A stretch of DNA of 36,234 nt, from IMG/VR virus record IMGVR_UViG_3300037286_000125, positions 1 to 36,234 of that record; one strand, given 5' to 3'. This document shows positions 27,459-36,234 of the stretch, piece after piece. Both the position numbers and the translations under genes were made by a program. This DNA is from a virus. Taxonomy: Duplodnaviria; Caudoviricetes. The notes under the pieces are model-generated. The model saw only the letters and a program-made list of their open reading frames with translations, ran no database searches and was not told the origin of the DNA. Each line of letters begins with the position of its first letter. Positions within the stretch are counted from its first letter, which is position 1.

Positions 27459-30400
27459 AAACGAGGCAGGAATTAGTAGTCAATTTATTGCGTAACACCT
27501 TGGCTATATCGAAGGTCGGTATCCTTATCAAAGGCGTTGACGGATTTTCTCCGATAGATGTAGCTGAGAAACTTACAAAATCTATTAAAGAGCATATTTA
27601 TATATCCGCAATTGGTTACGAAATTAGCGAGATCTCAACACCGAGGTATACGATATCCCCCTCTGTCGAAAAAGCAGTGTTTTGGAGGAGCAAACCAGAA
27701 TGCGCAGGAAGTATTTTGGTTTTTGTCAAAAGTGACACCGAAAAGTTACATTCACTTGCAGAGTTTGATGCTTTAACAATGCGTGATTTAACAAAGTATC
27801 TTATCGACCTCCAGTTGAAAAAGGAAAGCAATACTCCAACGGTAAATTTTTGGAAGGCATTGCAGTCGGACTCTGACTATTTTCCCTATGCAATGGTTGA
27901 GGAATATATAGAGGCTGTTACAAATGCAGATAATAGATCTGAAGCTATTCCACAAAATATGTGGATGCTTAATCTACTGTGTGATTATGAGATTCTTGGC
28001 ACTAAAAGTAGCCCCGAGGATAGGCTTAAGAAAAATAGAGAATTGATTATAGCAATCGGCCAATTGAGCGAGGAATCCAGAAAGAAACTTAGTCGCTCTC
28101 TAGCTAGAGCAAAGGCTAATGATAAGGATAGGTTGCAGCAGGCATACCGCAGTCTTCAGCTATATTTTAAATATGGAAAGCGAGAAACGCTTAGGGATCT
28201 TAGTTTTTCTGTTGTTCAGGAATTATTCTCTGCTTCTAAGGCAACAGTGGAAAAGAAAAAGCCTACTCCACCAATTAGCGGAGATGATCCGATCGATGAA
28301 GTATCTCCAAATGCTCCAATAAAGCCGAAGGAACTTCATAGGCTAATTTCTGATGCTGTTGTTACAGGCGACGAGGAGGATGGAGAGAGCATTCGTGAAT
28401 TACTGGGCGAATTAAAGAAGCATTTCGACCAGAATAATACTGATAACGCGGATAATATTCCTACAATCGGTGGTGTTTTTGGGGACAGAACAATAATACT
28501 AGAAAATCATCAAACGGATTTAAGACGTTTAGTTGGTAGAGTGTGCAATGAGGATTCATGGGGAGGATTGCTTGAGACAGAGGAAAGTATTCTTAAGGAT
28601 GCAATTTCAGCAGATATTGTTGCACTTAATGGATTTATGCCATTAAACAGTGATTCCATAATTAGCTTTAATGGCGGAATTGATGGAAAGACGTCTCTGT
28701 TTGATTTCATAAAGCGCTTTGATAGCCTATTTACAAACAAAGGAATTCAAAGTGCTGAACCTTTTACTCCGACAATTGAAGTCCTTATTCAGTCAAGAAC
28801 CGAGCTTTTATCCAATTTGGATTTGATTATGCGTTTTCCGGTGCTTGCTTTTGGTGCAGATAAAGAAATTCGGCAATCACTAATAACTTATATCGAAACA
28901 TGGTCAAGGTTGTATCGTATTTTTTGCGCTAACGAAGTTATCATGCGCCAAATCAGTCCTTCTGGTACCAGTTTTATAGCGAAAGCGCTTCTTCTGCTCG
29001 ATATATTGTATGTGAAGACACCAACCGAATGGAAGGGTATCTTGCTGCCTCTTCATCCACTGTATCTGTGGCGCTATTATGAAGTATTTAAAACTCTTTC
29101 AACAAAAAAAGATCAATTGGAAGAAGAAGATGCAAAAGCACTAACCGCGGTCCTTGATCAATTACCTCAGATATTGAGCTTTATGATTGCCAGTAAATTG
29201 TTAACTGGTACTATGGATGCTGTCTTGCCGTGTTCGGGCAATATTGAGATGCTACCCACGTTCGAAAACAAAACAAATAGGTATCTTGGTGATGATGGAA
29301 CGCAATCCATAGGAGAAATTCTTTCACGTTGGATTGGATTTGCCCCATATACTAAAAACGAGATAAGAATATGCACTGTTGATGCACCAGATCTCATCGG
29401 GATTATTAGATCAATTAAGAATTTCATGGACAAGAATGGCTGTGATAAAGTAATCTGCGATGTTTTTCTTACTAGACATCAAAACGGAAATACAGAGCTC
29501 TCGAAGCTAGACTACTCTGGTAAGGATTACGAAATTGGAGAACTAATTAAGCAGGGCAGAATTTCTATTAGCATACACAATGTACAAAGTGCAGTAGATG
29601 TAAGGGCCGCATTAGATTTTAGGCCAGTTCATATAGCATTTTATTTCGACCAGTCATCTTATTTAATTGAGTATGGACCTAACAATCAAAATTTGTATAT
29701 TAATCCTTTAGTTGTAACCTATGATTACGAGTTTGATGAAGCCACGCACAGAGGGCGAATTTTTCCATCCTCAGACGTCGAAAGTGGAATGATTGGGGAC
29801 TATCACAAGCTGATGAGGTCTGCAGATGTAATTTCTAACAGCATGAATCCACGCACCACTTATAACGGAAATGCAGATACATCAGCCGTAGTAACAACAA
29901 TTCAGAATAGCCAAACACAATGGTTGGTAGCTGCTGATAGAGACACAAATAATTATGATCCTCCGCATGCAATACCTATCGGCGAAATGCAATTTGAGAA
30001 GAGAATGGTTAGTGTGTGGGCGTCCAGCGATTCACGCATTATTAGCCAATACTTAACGATGCTGAGAGGATATAATCTTTATCCTGAACGTGAAACACTC
30101 ATTGATATACTAAAAAGCTTTGGCCATATAGCATCAAACGGATTAATTAGTATTCCGAAGTTTGGAGCTGATGCTCAAGCCATTGATAACACAAAGAAGG
30201 GATTACTTGGAACGCTTTTTGCGGCAGTTTGGTATACGCAAAATCATGACAGATCACTAGTAGCCTCATTAGACGACGAAAAGGCACGCTTGTGGCTTCA
30301 TGATAGTAAATATGGGAATGAACGGGCTGATCTTATAGGTCTTAGATATGATGAATCTACTAATACACTTTATATTCAACCAATTGAGGTTAAAACGCGC

Positions 30401-32194
30401 GATGATTCACCTGATGCAACTATTACAGTAGATGAAGTCACCGGTCACCATAATATTTCCGGGCACGCTGCAGGACAGATTGCATCGGTTGTTGGAATGC
30501 TGAAAGAAATATTTGGAATCGTTGAAGCCGATTCACTAGATATGTTTATTTCAGCTCGTCGAGAAGTATTGAAATATCAGATTGTATCAGAGTGCTTCCG
30601 AAATATTCATGATCCTGAATGGCAGAAACAATGGAGCGCCGTTCTTAAAAGAGCTTTTGGACAAGGAAAACCTGAGAACATTAACATTGTTGTTTCAGGA
30701 CTGCTTCTTTATTTCAAGCTTAGTGAGGCTTCAGGGGGAAAGGTAGTACAGTGCGTTCATCCGGATTTCGACGATTGTCCTATAGAATTTCGCCAACTTA
30801 CAACAAAAGAAATACAAGAGAATATTCTCGGTGGGAAAGATTCTGTTGAACCAAAGTGGACACCTGATTTTGACGAATCCGAACATACAGACGTAATGGT
30901 TGATGACGCGATTATCGATGTTGATGTGAATACCGATGAAAGCAAAATCGACGCAGAAACAGATACAGAAACCCGAAAAACAAGCTATGTGGCTACCGGT
31001 AATGAAAAAGTCGAAGTTCAAAAGGTGGCTGAGGATCCGGGTTCTCCTATGCAGGAAAAGGTGTTAAGATCGTCAGTTCCATCGGAAGAAAAGGTGACTG
31101 ATGTATCAATGGAGGAAATTGAGCAACTTGCAAAGGATTTTAAGCGCTCATGCGGAGATTATCACATTAATTTACGTGAATGCGATCCGAAGAATTCTGT
31201 AGTTGGTCCAAGTGTAATTCGAATTAAGTTTAAACTCGCTAGAGGACAAGCCCTTCAAGGATTAACAAATCATTTAGAGGATATTGGTCGAGAGATGAAG
31301 CGAAGCGGTGTCATTGTTCAGCAGGTCAAGAACTCTGATGAGCTTTTGCTAGACATCCCAAGATTAAGTAGAGAGAAAGTGCTATTTAAAGATGTTATCA
31401 CAACACTACCAAAGGTCACTTCACCTGAACAGCTATATTTTCCACTTGGTCGAACACCCAATGGACGTGATTTGATTAAGGACCTTGGCCAGATGCCACA
31501 TATGCTTGTTGGAGGAAGCACCGGGTCTGGGAAATCAGTTTTCCTCTTTACCTTGTTAGCATCTTTGCTAATGAATCACCCGAAAAAGGAAGATCTACAG
31601 TTGATCTTGTCATCTTCAAAATTAGAGGATTTTATTCACTTTGAAGGCTTACCACATTTGTACTCCGGTCATGTTATATCCGACGCTACTGAGGCAACTC
31701 GAGTAATTAAAGAAGTAATCTTTGAAGAGTCCGAACGGCGCGGAAAGTTACTGGCAGAGGCAAGGGTCGCAAACATAATTGAATACAACAAAAAGGCTCA
31801 AGTAAAATTGGCTCCTATAGTCGTTGTGATAGATGAGTTTGCAGATTTAGCAGATCAACTTGAATCGAAAAAAGATCAGAATGCATTCTATAAGCCTGTT
31901 CAAAGGATTGCACAGGCAGGAAGGAGTAGAGGCATTCACCTAATTATCTGCACACAAAGACCAGAAGCTAAGTTGGTTCCATCAACGACTAAAGCACAAC
32001 TTAATGGCCGCGTAGCCCTGCGCGTTAACGATGGCATTTCATCAAGGATGATTATTGAAGCACCGGATGCTCAATATCTTCAAAAGCACGGGGATATGAT
32101 CTACAAGTATGGTGATGAACTGGAGAGGGCACAGGGATATTTGATTGAAATAGAAGAACTAGACGAAATAGTTAGTTCCGTAATTAACCAGTAA
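27455..32194 (+). CDS. Large FtsK/SpoIIIE-family ATPase with internal PD-(D/E)xK nuclease motif (DndH-like architecture)
   Basis: Walker A GGSTGSGKS (aa 1353), Walker B VVVIDEFAD, 'GRSRGIHLIICTQRP'; 'RADLIGL...PIEVKT' (D959, E978, K980). No N-terminal TM segments or gamma domain seen. The TTG start overlaps the upstream TGA. Confidence 0.85.
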   Translation: MKTRQELVVNLLRNTLAISKVGILIKGVDGFSPIDVAEKLTKSIKEHIYISAIGYEISEISTPRYTISPSVEKAVFWRSKPECAGSILVFVKSDTEKLHSLAEFDALTMRDLTKYLIDLQLKKESNTPTVNFWKALQSDSDYFPYAMVEEYIEAVTNADNRSEAIPQNMWMLNLLCDYEILGTKSSPEDRLKKNRELIIAIGQLSEESRKKLSRSLARAKANDKDRLQQAYRSLQLYFKYGKRETLRDLSFSVVQELFSASKATVEKKKPTPPISGDDPIDEVSPNAPIKPKELHRLISDAVVTGDEEDGESIRELLGELKKHFDQNNTDNADNIPTIGGVFGDRTIILENHQTDLRRLVGRVCNEDSWGGLLETEESILKDAISADIVALNGFMPLNSDSIISFNGGIDGKTSLFDFIKRFDSLFTNKGIQSAEPFTPTIEVLIQSRTELLSNLDLIMRFPVLAFGADKEIRQSLITYIETWSRLYRIFCANEVIMRQISPSGTSFIAKALLLLDILYVKTPTEWKGILLPLHPLYLWRYYEVFKTLSTKKDQLEEEDAKALTAVLDQLPQILSFMIASKLLTGTMDAVLPCSGNIEMLPTFENKTNRYLGDDGTQSIGEILSRWIGFAPYTKNEIRICTVDAPDLIGIIRSIKNFMDKNGCDKVICDVFLTRHQNGNTELSKLDYSGKDYEIGELIKQGRISISIHNVQSAVDVRAALDFRPVHIAFYFDQSSYLIEYGPNNQNLYINPLVVTYDYEFDEATHRGRIFPSSDVESGMIGDYHKLMRSADVISNSMNPRTTYNGNADTSAVVTTIQNSQTQWLVAADRDTNNYDPPHAIPIGEMQFEKRMVSVWASSDSRIISQYLTMLRGYNLYPERETLIDILKSFGHIASNGLISIPKFGADAQAIDNTKKGLLGTLFAAVWYTQNHDRSLVASLDDEKARLWLHDSKYGNERADLIGLRYDESTNTLYIQPIEVKTRDDSPDATITVDEVTGHHNISGHAAGQIASVVGMLKEIFGIVEADSLDMFISARREVLKYQIVSECFRNIHDPEWQKQWSAVLKRAFGQGKPENINIVVSGLLLYFKLSEASGGKVVQCVHPDFDDCPIEFRQLTTKEIQENILGGKDSVEPKWTPDFDESEHTDVMVDDAIIDVDVNTDESKIDAETDTETRKTSYVATGNEKVEVQKVAEDPGSPMQEKVLRSSVPSEEKVTDVSMEEIEQLAKDFKRSCGDYHINLRECDPKNSVVGPSVIRIKFKLARGQALQGLTNHLEDIGREMKRSGVIVQQVKNSDELLLDIPRLSREKVLFKDVITTLPKVTSPEQLYFPLGRTPNGRDLIKDLGQMPHMLVGGSTGSGKSVFLFTLLASLLMNHPKKEDLQLILSSSKLEDFIHFEGLPHLYSGHVISDATEATRVIKEVIFEESERRGKLLAEARVANIIEYNKKAQVKLAPIVVVIDEFADLADQLESKKDQNAFYKPVQRIAQAGRSRGIHLIICTQRPEAKLVPSTTKAQLNGRVALRVNDGISSRMIIEAPDAQYLQKHGDMIYKYGDELERAQGYLIEIEELDEIVSSVINQ

Positions 32195-32218
32195 AGTCTA
32201 AAAAAAGGAGGAATATTC

Positions 32219-32923
32219 ATGCAGACAGTTTCTATAGACGGTGATTTAATTATTGGCACATTCATTAAAGAAGAAAAAAACCGATTTATTTGCCTTGTTG
32301 AGATTAATGGAAAAGAAACCGTCTGCTATATTCCTGCATCCTGCCGACTTAGCAACTTTTTGGATCTTGAAGGAAGACAGGTTCTGTTGAGACCAATTAA
32401 ATCAGTAAAGGCACGTACCGAATACTCAGTATTTGCAGTTAAAAGTAGACGGAGATTTATTCCTCTAAATCTTTCCCTAGCAAATAGAGCAATTGAAGAA
32501 CAGATTAATCGCCGAACTTTCTCTTTCTTAGGTAAACGAAAAAACGTTATTCGAGAAGCTCCAATAGAAGGATATAAAGCAGATTTATTTATCCATGATA
32601 CAAAGACACTTATTGAAATAAAAAGCATTCTATCATTTAATGATGAGGCATTATTTCCAACAGTATATTCAGAGCGGGCAGTAAAGCAGTTAGGTCAGAT
32701 TAAAGAACTATTAATTCAGGGGTATAGGGTATGCTATATGCTGGTGTCGTTGAATTATGCAGTTAAAGTGATTAGATTAAATCCACTTATGAGAGAGTTT
32801 AATGAACTTTTTCTTGAGTGCATAGATTTAGGGATGCATTGCTGCGGATATAGTATTTATTTACGGAATAATGTACCAACCGTGCATTCAAAAATAGACG
32901 TGCATTGGTCTCAACCCACTTGA
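32219..32923 (+). CDS. SfsA-family DNA/RNA nuclease (divergent)
   Basis: OB-like N-terminus 'GTFIKEEKNRFICLV...CYIPASCRL'; 'ADLF...LIEIKS', 'ALFP...ERAVKQL'; SD AAGGAGG. Confidence 0.8.
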   Translation: MQTVSIDGDLIIGTFIKEEKNRFICLVEINGKETVCYIPASCRLSNFLDLEGRQVLLRPIKSVKARTEYSVFAVKSRRRFIPLNLSLANRAIEEQINRRTFSFLGKRKNVIREAPIEGYKADLFIHDTKTLIEIKSILSFNDEALFPTVYSERAVKQLGQIKELLIQGYRVCYMLVSLNYAVKVIRLNPLMREFNELFLECIDLGMHCCGYSIYLRNNVPTVHSKIDVHWSQPT

Positions 32924-33018
32924 TGCTGATGCGTCTTGACTTATTACTCGATATAAACAGACGAAAAGCACCATACTTCTTGAGTTGAAGCGGTTCTTTT
33001 GATTGAAAGGCGGTTAAA

Positions 33019-34047
33019 ATGTTAGACAGTACAATTACGTTATTTTCCTCTGATAGCAGGCCTCAGTATGCGAAAGACGTTTTTAATGTATTAGCTTTAC
33101 CTAATGGTGGGATATACAGATTCAGATATAAAGAAAAATACATACATAGTGATGTAATTGGGGATTTAAACAATAGCAAAATAAAAGGCACATTAGCGTT
33201 AATAGCATTTAGAACAAATTTAGATGTTATAGAAGACAAACACTTTTTTGTCCCTGTTCGTTGGGCTTTGCTTAAAAGCGTCCAGAAAAGTGCTGATTTC
33301 TATTTGATTGATTTTGTTGTTCAAGATTTTGTTGTGTTCAACAAAGATTTCGATGATAAACGTAGAAGCTTTGGTGGTATCAATTCGCTGGCAAAAGGAT
33401 ATTTCACAACAAAGGATAAAGTTGAAGCCTTCGTTGTGAAAAATACACCCAATATTGTTATCGCAAGTAATAAAACAAAAGAAAAAGAAGATACAGAACG
33501 CTGGTTGAAGGTTATTGAAGCTCTTCATGTTTATCCGACGTTTGAAAAATGCTATTTTTTCAATGTATCAATAATAAGAAGCGGACTTGCAAAAAAACTT
33601 AAAGTGGGTACCATGCGAGAAGGTGGTAGAACGAATATCAATATTAATTATAACAACTTCTGTGATATTGCAGATTCTGAAATCAATGTCGAGTACGATG
33701 AAAGTCTACTAGTACCATCTGGAGATAAAAATATAAAAATTGAATGCAGATATGATTCTGCTTTATTTGCCTTCCAAGCAAAAAGCGTGCTATCCCAAAC
33801 TCCTACCCAAATAATTTTCAACTGCCGCAGTTCAAAAGACATTGAAACGAAAATTAAGATCCCGTTGGAAATTAAAAGAAATTATTTCTTTTTACTCTCT
33901 CGTGTTATTCTATCACTCGTTGGTGCAATATTAATTGGTCTGCCTGGAATTCTACCTGATACGACACCAACAAAAACTACAGTTCCTATGTTTATTGCTG
34001 GTTCACTATTTATTGCATTTAACTGGCTAATTCCTTACAAGGAGTAA
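33019..34047 (+). CDS. Hypothetical protein with two C-terminal transmembrane helices
   Basis: Hydrophobic 'FFLLSRVILSLVGAILIGLPGIL' and 'VPMFIAGSLFIAFNWLI'. Confidence 0.75.
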   Translation: MLDSTITLFSSDSRPQYAKDVFNVLALPNGGIYRFRYKEKYIHSDVIGDLNNSKIKGTLALIAFRTNLDVIEDKHFFVPVRWALLKSVQKSADFYLIDFVVQDFVVFNKDFDDKRRSFGGINSLAKGYFTTKDKVEAFVVKNTPNIVIASNKTKEKEDTERWLKVIEALHVYPTFEKCYFFNVSIIRSGLAKKLKVGTMREGGRTNININYNNFCDIADSEINVEYDESLLVPSGDKNIKIECRYDSALFAFQAKSVLSQTPTQIIFNCRSSKDIETKIKIPLEIKRNYFFLLSRVILSLVGAILIGLPGILPDTTPTKTTVPMFIAGSLFIAFNWLIPYKE

Positions 34048-34049
34048 TT

Positions 34050-34418
34050 ATGATATATAGGTTTCTAAAATTAAAAAAAGCTATCAAAAGATCGTGGGGA
34101 ATTGATACTGCTTATAAGGATGATGTTCCAAAATGGTCAGCTGATAACCCAGCAGTTGGTCAATGTGCTGTTACAGCATTGATAATTCATGAGTATTTCG
34201 GTGGACAAATATATAGTGGGGAGTCCCAAGATGGTGTGGTTCATTATTGGAATAAGGTACATGGATTTAAAATTGACTTAACCCGAAGTCAATTTAAAGA
34301 GACCAAAATATTCTCAAATATTATTATATGGAAACCAGAGGACTTACTACAAACAGGTAATGTCAGAGAGCGTTATGAGATTCTAAGGAGTAGAATCGAA
34401 ATGTATCTGCATAAATAA
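34050..34418 (+). CDS. YunG-family protein (papain-like Cys-His-Asp)
   Basis: 'SW..DT...W...NPAVGQCAVTAL...FGG.I...HYWN...IDLTRSQF'. Confidence 0.8.
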   Translation: MIYRFLKLKKAIKRSWGIDTAYKDDVPKWSADNPAVGQCAVTALIIHEYFGGQIYSGESQDGVVHYWNKVHGFKIDLTRSQFKETKIFSNIIIWKPEDLLQTGNVRERYEILRSRIEMYLHK

Positions 34419-34646
34419 ATCTGAAGAAATACCGCGGAATCACAAGAGTGAACGCTAAGGGGATTTTGAACCTGATGAAACTTGGGCACAAGAACGGCCT
34501 TACCATACTCAAGCCGAGTGTATTGATCATGATGGATGATTGATTTTGCAGTATGACTGATACACTGAGATAACAGGGCATCAAAGTATATAATATAGAT
34601 ACTTAAATTCACATCATTTGTGAGAGTATAAATTTATATAAGCGAG

Positions 34647-35768
34647 GTGGTAAAAATGACAAACGACAAAATTTTTCTCTTTATTGATTCAAACATATTT
34701 ATTAATAGCGGGTTCAATTTTGAATCTGGTAGTTTTGCCGCAATTAAAAAGTATTGCATAGGCAACGTTGTTCAATTACTCATAGACCGTATTGTTACTA
34801 ATGAAGTTACGACACATATTGAAAACGACATAGGCAAGGCAATTGCTGAGGCAAATAATAAGCTAAAAAATAGTAGTTTGTGCGGGTTGAAAAACGCTAG
34901 TAAAATTGTTCTTTGGGATGAAAGCGTGTTGGTTAATTTCATTTTTAAACAGTGGAACGATTTCCTTGATACATGTAAAGTTAATAATTTGTCATATACC
35001 GACATACGTATTTCTGATATTCTGGATGATTATTTTAATAGAACACCACCGTTTGAAACCTCAAAAGATAAGAAAAATGAATTTCCCGATGCGGTCATTA
35101 TCAAGAGTCTTAAACATTTCATGCAATCTCAAGATATCAATACGAAACTTCTTGTTGTAAGCGGTGATAAAATATGGAAAAACTGCTTTGGCGGTGATTC
35201 GCGTGTTCAATATTTTGAAAATATTTCTGCTGCACTTGAAATAATTAGCCTTTCGGCAGTCGGAAGTGTATTCTGTGAAATGGAAAAGTTGTTACCATCA
35301 GCATATGATGAATTGAGAGCATTTATACAAAAAGAGGTTATTTCGAGACAAGAATTGTTCATTGATTTCGATTTTGAAGATGTTGAAGAAGTGTATTTCA
35401 GAAGTGTTGAATTAAACTGCCACCGAATAGAGTTTATTAATGATAATTGTGCTTGGTTCTCTGTTGAGTTTGTTGCACACATTGTGATTGAATATGATAA
35501 ATTTGTTTTTTCTCATGAAAACGGATATTCCTACGCACATGATGCTTATCGTGATTTACATCGAATATTGATAGAATTATCGGTTTCGTTTGAAAAAGAA
35601 GCAATATGGAAAATAAAAACTATTTCGTTAAAAAACAATCCTGTGGCTAATGAAAAGACATTTATAGAAAGTCTTCCACTTTATTGTAGCGAATGTGAGA
35701 CTAGATTGTTTTCTGAAAGCGAAACGAACGGCGATAAATGTAATGAGTGCGATGCGGCAAGAAATTAA
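34647..35768 (+). CDS. PIN-domain protein (DUF4935-like) with C-terminal zinc ribbon
   Basis: 'LFIDSNIF', 'NE', 'PPF...KKNEFPDAVI', 'VVSGD'; C-terminal CSEC...CNEC. Confidence 0.8.
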   Translation: MVKMTNDKIFLFIDSNIFINSGFNFESGSFAAIKKYCIGNVVQLLIDRIVTNEVTTHIENDIGKAIAEANNKLKNSSLCGLKNASKIVLWDESVLVNFIFKQWNDFLDTCKVNNLSYTDIRISDILDDYFNRTPPFETSKDKKNEFPDAVIIKSLKHFMQSQDINTKLLVVSGDKIWKNCFGGDSRVQYFENISAALEIISLSAVGSVFCEMEKLLPSAYDELRAFIQKEVISRQELFIDFDFEDVEEVYFRSVELNCHRIEFINDNCAWFSVEFVAHIVIEYDKFVFSHENGYSYAHDAYRDLHRILIELSVSFEKEAIWKIKTISLKNNPVANEKTFIESLPLYCSECETRLFSESETNGDKCNECDAARN

Positions 35769-35828
35769 AAGGGTGTTGTAGATTGCTAGGATTAGATAGG
35801 TAATATCGTGCCATTCCATTACATGGAA

Positions 35829-36203
35829 GTTATCCAAATCGACCACTCGACCTAAAATAGTGGACGTATTTCCTTTGACGAGCAAAATGTAAAAAACAGT
35901 GTGAACGTGTTTCCTTGTACTAGAAAATTCAAAAATACACTCAAGACATTCAAACGGGCGCTTTTAGCCATGTTGAGACTGTAGCATTGATGTCAAGGGT
36001 GAAAAAGTAGTTCTTAGAAAGCCCAGTATTCAAGCCGTTTATGGGTTTTTACCTTCAAAATCAGAGTGTGGAAAATGTGATTTTTTATACTTCGTGGGAA
36101 CATATCTAGATAGGCTTAAACCTTTGCAAGTGGTCGATTTAGATAACGGTGCTGAGTGAGAAGTCGATTTAGATAACAACGTTTGTAAGTGGTCGATTTA
36201 GAT
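35829..36203. repeat. AGTGGTCGATTTRGATAAC repeats flanking the att site
   Basis: Reverse copy at 35829-35847; forward copies at 36129-36147, 36163-36177 (partial) and 36188-36203 (partial). Confidence 0.85.
35945..36010 (+). other. att-like site containing a copy of the rlmD/rumA 3' end
   Basis: 35969-36010 translates HVETVALMSRVKK* with no upstream rlmD sequence. GACAT (35945) and ATGTC (ends 35994) are symmetric about the CA at 35969-35970. Confidence 0.8.
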
Positions 36204-36234
36204 GTTTTTTGAAAAAGCCGAGGTTGTGTGGTAA

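Larger units (their letters stand above)
1..35970. mobile_element. Temperate prophage (partial; continues left of window) with divergent defence cargo, right boundary at an rlmD-type att site
   Basis: Contiguous replication and packaging genes on the minus strand (pol, primase, helicase, HNH, terS, terL). Plus-strand cargo follows, then an rlmD 3'-end fragment at 35969-36010. Confidence 0.85.

Noticed and set aside
24395-32194. Complete Dnd phosphorothioation system
   Set aside because: No cysteine desulfurase, PAPS-reductase-like DndC, SMC-like DndD or DndE here. They could lie elsewhere in the genome.
27455-32194. Cell-division ftsK or conjugative coupling protein
   Set aside because: No TM anchor or gamma domain, no relaxase or T4SS genes, and an embedded nuclease-like motif.
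22403-32923. Canonical Druantia system
   Set aside because: No DruE SF2 helicase/DUF1998 protein and no recognisable DruB-D in the window; only a DruA-like domain is present.
34419-34646. Possible gene remnant between the YunG and PIN genes
   Set aside because: About 40 open codons with no convincing SD-led start or recognisable family.
252-35885. Numerous short antisense or alternate-frame ORFs
   Set aside because: They are shadows of well-supported genes, without SDs or recognisable motifs.
36129-36203. CRISPR array
   Set aside because: Repeats are only 15-19 bp with very short irregular spacers, one copy is inverted, and there is no cas operon.

Overview
The window looks like one arm of a temperate Firmicutes (Clostridia-type) prophage with its cargo. 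The minus strand (about 213-19576) carries a phage early-to-packaging gene run, listed in transcription order: sigma-70-region-4-like factor, DUF2800 Cas4-like nuclease, DUF2815 SSB-like protein, NUMOD4-HNH, family A DNA polymerase, Rha, VapE primase/helicase, VRR-NUC, a second HNH, SNF2 helicase, DUF1492 activator, packaging HNH, terS, SAM synthetase, ParB-methyltransferase and terL, plus accessory genes. The divergent, more AT-rich plus-strand block (19782-35768) reads as a defence island. Its centrepiece (22403-32923) is a tightly linked four-gene operon: a Druantia DruA/DUF4338-like domain fused to a DndF-like P-loop ATPase (with its own internal RBS and ATG), a DndG-sized protein, a 1579-aa PD-(D/E)xK plus FtsK ATPase protein, and an SfsA-family nuclease. 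No DruE or DndBCDE genes are present in the window, so this is the candidate undescribed system. A 2TM protein, a YunG-family protein and a PIN protein follow. The block ends at a copy of the rlmD/rumA 3' end (HVETVALMSRVKK*), an att-like site flanked by inverted repeats. Two pairs of exactly spaced bipartite promoter-like motifs, a likely ATT start for terL, an XRE pseudogene and a likely replication origin are also visible. Family assignments come from motif recognition by eye; no searches were run.
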